This document shows, in pieces, positions 57,588-64,000 of a DNA stretch of 64,000 nucleotides (position 1 is its first letter; each line of letters begins with the position of its first letter). The position numbers and the translations under genes are program-made. The notes under the pieces are model-generated. The model was not told where the DNA came from. It saw nothing but the letters and a program-made list of their open reading frames with translations, and did no database searches. The DNA comes from Ostrea edulis (taxonomy: Eukaryota). The stretch is taken from assembly GCF_947568905.1 (NCBI RefSeq), contig NC_079164.1:9486001-9550000 (forward strand), written 5' to 3'.

Positions 57588-58241
57588 TTATACTCTCGGG
57601 GGCATGTGCACAGCCAAGTTGGTAAAGAGTTGACTTCTTAATCTTAAATCGTCCGACGTCTGAGGACTCAAGTCCACTAGTAAATACCCGTGAGGTACAC
57701 GGGTGGCGTCCTCATAGGCTGGAAGTAAATGCGGCATTTGTAATTGCCGACTTAACACCCCAATCTGAGATTTATCTCGAGGATTTTTAAACAGCACAAG
57801 ATAGTGAGCATTCAGACTGATGGTACGATGTTGTACTGCTCGATCAAACAGATTTTGTGTGATATAAATGACACTGGTATTGCGATGATGCGCTTTGCGC
57901 GTAAACCAGTCGACAATCGATTCGATGGCTTTACCTCCCATCATATCATCAAAAATGAGTAGATGACGCGTACTGAGATCCGCCACTATCTGCTCATCGT
58001 CTTGAGGTATATTGCGGATAAAAGTGACCTTGTCCTGTAAGGATTCGTACGCGGACTGCCATTCTCGATAACACCATACTATCTTTTCGGGAGGCGGTGC
58101 AATCCACTGTGTATTTTGCACCAGTTGCTTGACAAATTCTGTTTTACCCGATTTAGAGGGTCCAGCCACCACCATGGTAAATTCATGTTTCAACTGAAAA
58201 GGTTCAAGTGTCTCGTAGGTATACATCTTGATAAATGACAC
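57588..58241 (-). CDS. A32/FtsK-type genome packaging ATPase
   Basis: Walker A GPSKSGKT, Walker B LLIFDD, RKAHHRNTSVIYITQN. Confidence 0.93.
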   Translation of the reverse strand: MSFIKMYTYETLEPFQLKHEFTMVVAGPSKSGKTEFVKQLVQNTQWIAPPPEKIVWCYREWQSAYESLQDKVTFIRNIPQDDEQIVADLSTRHLLIFDDMMGGKAIESIVDWFTRKAHHRNTSVIYITQNLFDRAVQHRTISLNAHYLVLFKNPRDKSQIGVLSRQLQMPHLLPAYEDATRVPHGYLLVDLSPQTSDDLRLRSQLFTNLAVHMPPRV

Positions 58242-58266
58242 AAGTTCATGGGATCATACATATTTA

Positions 58267-58794
58267 TTAACAAATAAAAATACGTACAGCTTGCTCAACA
58301 CTATGTCTACAAATAGGACATTGTTTCAGTCCCGTAGCACATATAGCACAAGTACATAAATGACCACAAGGTAAAAAAGCAATTCTCAAGTCTCGTTCTA
58401 AACAAATGTGACATTTCTGGGTACACATTGGATTCCCTGCCGCGTCTAAGGGTAAGCCTTCCCAATCGCAACCACTGTCTTTAGCGCGGGCATAGGCATT
58501 GAAGGCTTGTCGTACCCATTGTTTACCCTTATTACACTTCAGGTAAGGACAGTGAGGATACCAATAAGCATGTTGTATCCAAGGATTGTCGACAGCTCCC
58601 CAATGGTGAAGTCCAAAGTTGCAATAAAAACAGCACGTGTTATCCCCGTACCCTTTGTAAAAGTATCCCGCTTCTGCAATGGTAGGTAATAGGTTCTGCA
58701 AGTGTTCGGGAGCATTTTCAAACGACGTTACTCGATCTGACAGTAGAGCATAACGTGGTGTACCCGGGTTATGTAGTGATTCGTAGTCCGTCAT
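58267..58794 (-). CDS. Inhibitor of apoptosis protein (one BIR plus RING)
   Basis: DRVTSF...AEAGYFY...CCFYC...W...DNPWIQHAYWYPHCPY (BIR); CHICLERDLRIAFLPCGHLCTCAICA...CPICR (RING). Confidence 0.92.
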   Translation of the reverse strand: MTDYESLHNPGTPRYALLSDRVTSFENAPEHLQNLLPTIAEAGYFYKGYGDNTCCFYCNFGLHHWGAVDNPWIQHAYWYPHCPYLKCNKGKQWVRQAFNAYARAKDSGCDWEGLPLDAAGNPMCTQKCHICLERDLRIAFLPCGHLCTCAICATGLKQCPICRHSVEQAVRIFIC

Positions 58795-58829
58795 TTTGCC
58801 GACTGATGGTTTTCTCTAGCATGTCCTTT

Positions 58830-61800
58830 TTAATACCCGTAAGGCAGCGTGTCATAGTTATGAATACGTTGACGTTTATCATACACCATGCGGTATTTCT
58901 TCACCAGAGGAATGGTTCGCACATCATGTTGGCGGGTTCGTTGAATAAAGTGCGGATAGCTGACATGGACTTCTTCTTCTTCTCCTTTTAACATTTTTTC
59001 CAACGTATCGAGAGACACGACTCTAGAGGCACGATAATTGAGTGTCAATCCTTTGACTTTGCAGACAGATTTTTCCCCCTGGGTCTCGTATGCATAATTT
59101 TTGGGCCCGCCCGACATGTACTTGATGATACGATCTCCACCCAATTCATCGGTCCAGCCGCCTAAACTGTTGATAATGGTCGGATTGAACTGGGTCTCGT
59201 CGTGCTGATAGATGATACTATCCGTGTCAAAGTATAAGACACGCTCTCCCAAAGGCTGTAACGTCTCGTACAAATGTAAACGAGCATGAGCTGTTGTAAA
59301 ACACGCCAGCACCACGTTTCCAAAGGGACAGTCTTCTAAAAATTCTTCTTTCTCCTGATAATTGATCAGCATCATATCACATTCGGGGCGTTCACGATTT
59401 TCTAAGAGTTCGATGCCTTTGACTTCTAAAGTGGCATCTTGTAATTTCTGTTGTAATTCTTCTTCTTCCGTGAGATACAGGGATTTGGGTAATTGTAATC
59501 GTTGAGCAAATTTTCCCCACAAACAATTTAAAAAGAGTTTGGCAATGGTTCTTCGGACCGGATTTTTCTGGATGTCTGCCGGATTCATGGCAATGCCTTC
59601 TCGTTGCTGAATTTCCTCAATGTAATGTTGCTGCTGTTGGGCTGTTTGACAATCCTCGGGGAATCCGGAAGCTTCTTGTTTAATTTTCAAAAAGGTGTTG
59701 ATATACGCTCGAAATAAGTGGTCACTGGTTTTCTCAAAATGCCAAACTTCGTAAATGCGGTCGAGACGATAGCCTAGATCTAATGCTTTGTGAAGTTCGG
59801 TGGTCACCCAGGTGCCCGTGAGACTGCGTTCAGAATCGGTGTGCTGGCACCGCTCGTCGGGTCCTAAGTTGCGCTGTTCCGCACAGGTGCGGCATAAGGG
59901 AAAGAGTAATTTACCCCCGGTCTTGTAAGGTAATACGGGGTGATACAGCTCTCGGGGTGGGAGGACACGACAACGAATGAGCCCGAAATAGTCTCTGACA
60001 TCGGTGAAATGGCTGGTGATGACTTGGGGATGTTGGACGGGAAATGGCTTGTATTTCAACACGTACGGGTACAGGGAACAGACATCCACGTATCGCATGT
60101 CACCCTCCTCACAATACAGTCGTGTAGCATTGGTCCGGCCTCCGTACAAAGCGTCACGGGGATTCAAAGGATCTTGTATATCGACTCCTTGTAAAAATTC
60201 CTGTAAGTCGGGATTGGTCTGGGTCTGACGATCAAACTCGTGTTCCCATATGCTCACGACTGTATAGCCTTGGTCTTCTAAAGCACTGGCTCGTTTTAAG
60301 GTGTCCAGGTAGAGGTCTTGATACGTATGCTGAACACGATGAGGATGCATGTCAGTCAACAGATTCGGGAAACAGGTGGGACAGCCGTGCCAGTAACAGC
60401 CATAGAATTCGTACACGATACGAGATTCCTCATCATACCCATCTACTGTATAGGGTCCAAGCGTGACTTCGCCCCCATTTCTAGCATGTCGTATGCAGTG
60501 ATGTTGATGTTCTAGCCAGGCGAACCATCGACAAGCTTTAGCTGAATATCGTCGTGCTGGCCGGTAGCCCATATTGGGAATGATGGCGATGGTATTTTCA
60601 ACCATGAATCCTCGTCGGTAGGCTAAATTAGCCGTGCTGGCAAACGTGATGGATTCTTGAAAGGGGTCTACTTCCACCAGATCAAACAGGGTGGACTTGA
60701 AATGGGCACAACACCGGCGTAAAATATCCACATCCGAGATGCAGTAAGCTAAGAATTCTTTCTGGAAATCAAAGACTTTGCCCTCTTGTTGATGGTACCA
60801 AGTATAGAAGGCTTCACGATTGGCGGTGGACATATCGTCAGGATTGTAGAAATGAGCGGCCGGGTAAGGACCCACATACTGCTGGTTCTCTGTCGTGTTG
60901 AAAAAGTGCGGGAAATATCCTTTTTTCAATTCCGTTAATCCGAAAGCAGAGGGCATCTTGGCAAGAGCAAAGGGTAGAAAGTTGTAAGAATCGATGAATC
61001 TCAACCCCAAGACTTGCATGGATAAGATTTTACTGCCGTTCAGGATGACGGTGGGTTTGATACACGCCGTGTGAACCAGGTAATTCAAAATAAACTGCCC
61101 ATCGTATCCTTTGAAATTGTGGGCAATGATGGTGGCTTCATCGTGTTTGAGTTCCACATGGCCTTGCTCATCGGTCTCGCTCTGTAAGAGCCATTCCATA
61201 AACTGTTTTAACGTGTCGGGTCCTTGAAATAGGAAGCGGCGTTGTGATCCGAATCCTTCACAATGAGAACAGGGCTTGTCGATATCCACACTGTCGCAAT
61301 GTTGACACACACGTTCTGCCACGCATAAATTGGGAATGTGAATACCGTTTTCCTGACTGCATTCGAAATCGTAATAAATGTATATTTTCAACTCCTCTTC
61401 TTCTTCTTTTTCTTTCTTAGGTTTGGGTTTCGTCTGTACAAAGCAGTGATGAGGCATGGTGACGACTTTGTGACAGATGCGGCATTCGGTTTGACCCCCA
61501 CACGCGTGGCGTTTTAATAATTTCTTGGACATCCATTTCTGACACTGGTTACAACGCCCCATTAAACTGCAGACCGTGGTCGTTGTATTACTGCTGTAGG
61601 GTTTTAAATGGTTCTGGTAACAAGCTGCATTTCTGAAAAATCCCTTACAATGAGGGCAATTCGTCTGAGTCCCGTCCGGGGTACAGGGGGTATCGGCTAA
61701 ACAAAATGAGCATCGATGAGGACAGACGGTCCGATGATCTTCAATGTGACTGTAACCAACATCGCAATAATCGCAATAGTATCCGTTTTCCGTCACTCCA

Positions 61801-62792
61801 GGCATAGACACAATGGCATCGTAATGCTCGTTATCCAGCAGGATATTCAAACAAGTCCCGTACCCCGGTCCTTTGTAAATAGGTTCCAGTCGTAAACGAG
61901 TTGTATTCGTTTTGAATTGAAATATTTTCAATCGATACTGTGGGGCGAGCGCGTGCTGTAATTGCTCCCATTCACGTGGCCCACACGGCTGGTTCATAAC
62001 ACACCCAGCTTGTTCCATCAAGGCTATCGCTTCTCGTTTCTGATCGAGAGAATCTTTATCCCCTTTTCTCATGCGTAACCATTTCGTTTCCCATGCCGGG
62101 TCGTTTGATTTCTGGCTGTGTAGACGTGCTACCACAATAGCCCGGGACAAGCAGAGAGAATCCTCAGGATTTTGAATGCGAACGATCGCTCTCTTGGAGG
62201 TTTTGAATTTTTCCTTATCCACGTGTAGATGTTTTTTCTTAGTGCACCCGCTGCCTTGTGGATATTTGACATGGAAAAAATCCATCTGCACTGCCCCGTC
62301 GGTGATTAGGAATTCCTTTTTAGATTGCTGGACGGATTCTATTTTGTTCAGAATTTTGTCCTCGTTGAGCTGATTGGACTGCGTAAATTCGTACCAAATA
62401 GCTGAATCCAGAGACGGGTGCCGAATATTTAAACGTAGATAATCATTGGGATTGCACTGCATTTCCTGTTTCACATTTTTTAACATATCCCGGAAGAGCC
62501 GACGAATGAAGGCTGTATTTTCTTTCTCTGGAATAGGTTTGAAAGCAACATTGTAGACATTTTCCTTGACTTTAAATTTCCGTGATTGACGTCCTCGTTC
62601 CAGTTGAATTTTGTAATAATCCGAAATGAGTTTCTTTTTTCCCCCTCCCCGCTGTAAATACTGTAGTCGTCGTTGATTCTCTCTGCGGAGTTGTAATTCA
62701 CGCTGCCGTTGTCTGTTCAGCTGATCATTCAAAAATCTCAATCGCTGTTCAATATAACTCCGTGGAAGTCCAGTAGGTAACTTGTCTGACAT
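58830..62792 (-). CDS. Protein-primed family B DNA polymerase with N-terminal TP/OTU-like/Zn regions and a Vsr-like insertion
   Basis: ExoI YYDFEC, ExoII AHNFKGYD, YVDVCSLYP, KLFLNCLWGKF, YFDTDS. First ATG at 62792 (the ORF track starts at a TTG, 62813); TATA ~40 nt upstream. Confidence 0.97.
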   Translation of the reverse strand: MSDKLPTGLPRSYIEQRLRFLNDQLNRQRQRELQLRRENQRRLQYLQRGGGKKKLISDYYKIQLERGRQSRKFKVKENVYNVAFKPIPEKENTAFIRRLFRDMLKNVKQEMQCNPNDYLRLNIRHPSLDSAIWYEFTQSNQLNEDKILNKIESVQQSKKEFLITDGAVQMDFFHVKYPQGSGCTKKKHLHVDKEKFKTSKRAIVRIQNPEDSLCLSRAIVVARLHSQKSNDPAWETKWLRMRKGDKDSLDQKREAIALMEQAGCVMNQPCGPREWEQLQHALAPQYRLKIFQFKTNTTRLRLEPIYKGPGYGTCLNILLDNEHYDAIVSMPGVTENGYYCDYCDVGYSHIEDHRTVCPHRCSFCLADTPCTPDGTQTNCPHCKGFFRNAACYQNHLKPYSSNTTTTVCSLMGRCNQCQKWMSKKLLKRHACGGQTECRICHKVVTMPHHCFVQTKPKPKKEKEEEEELKIYIYYDFECSQENGIHIPNLCVAERVCQHCDSVDIDKPCSHCEGFGSQRRFLFQGPDTLKQFMEWLLQSETDEQGHVELKHDEATIIAHNFKGYDGQFILNYLVHTACIKPTVILNGSKILSMQVLGLRFIDSYNFLPFALAKMPSAFGLTELKKGYFPHFFNTTENQQYVGPYPAAHFYNPDDMSTANREAFYTWYHQQEGKVFDFQKEFLAYCISDVDILRRCCAHFKSTLFDLVEVDPFQESITFASTANLAYRRGFMVENTIAIIPNMGYRPARRYSAKACRWFAWLEHQHHCIRHARNGGEVTLGPYTVDGYDEESRIVYEFYGCYWHGCPTCFPNLLTDMHPHRVQHTYQDLYLDTLKRASALEDQGYTVVSIWEHEFDRQTQTNPDLQEFLQGVDIQDPLNPRDALYGGRTNATRLYCEEGDMRYVDVCSLYPYVLKYKPFPVQHPQVITSHFTDVRDYFGLIRCRVLPPRELYHPVLPYKTGGKLLFPLCRTCAEQRNLGPDERCQHTDSERSLTGTWVTTELHKALDLGYRLDRIYEVWHFEKTSDHLFRAYINTFLKIKQEASGFPEDCQTAQQQQHYIEEIQQREGIAMNPADIQKNPVRRTIAKLFLNCLWGKFAQRLQLPKSLYLTEEEELQQKLQDATLEVKGIELLENRERPECDMMLINYQEKEEFLEDCPFGNVVLACFTTAHARLHLYETLQPLGERVLYFDTDSIIYQHDETQFNPTIINSLGGWTDELGGDRIIKYMSGGPKNYAYETQGEKSVCKVKGLTLNYRASRVVSLDTLEKMLKGEEEEVHVSYPHFIQRTRQHDVRTIPLVKKYRMVYDKRQRIHNYDTLPYGY

Positions 62793-62896
62793 GATGTCGA
62801 AAGTGACACCCAATGCACCGCGCGCCGCTTTATATATATTACCTGTAGACAGCGCTGGGTAAAACTAGGGACCGTGCCAGCTCTGGGGATTGTACT

Positions 62897-63234
62897 ATTG
62901 TTCTTTAATAAACATGTCAACTTAAAACCTTGTGTTATTCTTTTAGATTTAATACACTGTTATTCTTTTAGATTTAATACACAGGATTTCACTGGATTTT
63001 CAGAAAAATAGCAGGAACTCATTCCAGGAACTCAAAGCGAAAGTACCGCATCATAGACCAGCGGCCATAGGCCAGCCTATTCACCCGCTCTACAACCCCT
63101 GCTGGGGTTGACCCCGTCCTAGTGCACTCCGTTGACCCCGACACCGCTTGACCAATCAAAAACACCCTTACTTGACCTCATTTGCATAAAAAGTGCACTC
63201 AGTTGAACCCCCTATCGGGACGCCTTATACTACT
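62897..63234 (-). repeat. Right terminal inverted repeat (338 bp)
   Basis: Reverse complement of 43119-43456. Confidence 0.95.
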
Positions 63235-63483
63235 ACCGACGTATCAAGCACGTGGAACCAGGATGCTGATCCTTCACTTTTTTGACAACGTTCATTTTCA
63301 AAAATTATTATTTTCATACACAAACTAAGTTAATTTCACATGTGAAATAAGATTAATTGGCGGATTGGCCCCCATATCCCATTCTCTTTGGTGATAGTAA
63401 TGAATGGTAAAAATGTAATAATGAATGAACTGATGGATTGAAGAACAAACGAAGCCCCCTCGCTCCAATTTATAGGAGTAAGA

Positions 63484-63931
63484 CAGTGGCGGATTTAATG
63501 GGGGGGGGGGGCGCAATCGCCCCCCCCCCTAAAAATTTCAAAGTTACATGTAAAGTATAAATCGGGGTATCTTGTTCAGAAAAATGTACTAAACGTTAAA
63601 AGAAGCAATAATTTCTCCCACTCCCGGAGAAATAAATGACAAAATCTTTTGATTTCTTGCATTACTTTATAAGGAGAACTTAATTTTGTTCCAGAAACCC
63701 TTAAAATTTGCGTCATTTTATTAATTTCACCTTATTAGAAATGATAGAAAATAGTACAAATGACTAAATAGGAGACATATTTCAAGCCTTATAAAATAAA
63801 ATCTCGGAGCTTCCGGGGGCTTCGCCCCCTGACCTCCCACCACGGCTTTGCCCTAGACCCACTGGGGCCCCAGACCCCACTGCCTCATAAAGTGGCATCC
63901 CCCGTAACCGCAATTCCTGGATCCGCCCCTG
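63484..63931. mobile_element. MITE with CAG...CTG ends and 5-bp TSD (hAT5-like)
   Basis: CAGTGGCGGAT ... ATCCGCCCCTG flanked by TAAGA on both sides. Confidence 0.75.
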
Positions 63932-64000
63932 TAAGAAGTTTGGGCAATTTTACTTCAAGAGAAAATTTTAAATTCCTTTTTTCTGCTTGTCAACAATATT

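Larger units (their letters stand above)
43119..63234. mobile_element. Full-length Polinton/Maverick (adintovirus-like endogenous dsDNA virus), 20,116 bp
   Basis: AGTAGT...ACTACT termini; TSD ACCGAC at 43113-43118 and 63235-63240; TIRs; pPolB, integrase, ATPase, MCP, mCP and protease ORFs all uninterrupted. Confidence 0.97.

Noticed and set aside
50676-62701. Many short antisense or alternate-frame ORFs within core Polinton genes
   Set aside because: Shadow ORFs with no recognisable motifs.
42150-63931. Same-family MITEs on both sides of the Polinton as possible outer LTRs or a composite transposon
   Set aside because: The Polinton has its own exact TSD, the right MITE has its own TSD, and the family recurs at 20120; independent insertions are the simpler explanation.

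Overview
Eukaryotic (bivalve, probably oyster-type, judged from repeat content) genomic DNA with two parts. (1) 1-43 kb is host sequence: MED10 (exons 1-2, minus strand) head-to-head with a complete 6-exon TIMM21, then a complete 8-coding-exon interferon regulatory factor (DNA-binding domain plus IAD). These sit among Helentron-like satellite-bearing elements, SINE/LINE fragments, MITEs, minisatellites and a small TRIM whose LTRs carry a tRNA-derived sequence. (2) 43119-63234 is an apparently intact 20.1-kb Polinton/Maverick (adintovirus-like) endogenous virus with 338-bp TIRs in which I found no mismatch, AGTAGT/ACTACT ends and a 6-bp TSD (ACCGAC). Its core genes are pPolB, packaging ATPase, integrase, major and minor capsid proteins and adenain-like protease. 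Most striking: three non-histone accessory genes of the element are followed by replication-dependent histone mRNA 3' stem-loops (with a compensatory base-pair change), and two of them share a histone-H4/HINFP-like promoter element. This suggests the virus plugs its own genes into the host histone-gene expression pathway (SLBP/U7, HINFP). The accessory region also encodes four tandem Bcl-2-like paralogs, a GADD34/ICP34.5-like PP1 adaptor, an IAP, a RING protein, a Gag-like zinc-knuckle protein and an apparently catalytically dead CRESS-virus Rep domain. All assignments are by eye and need profile or structure searches.
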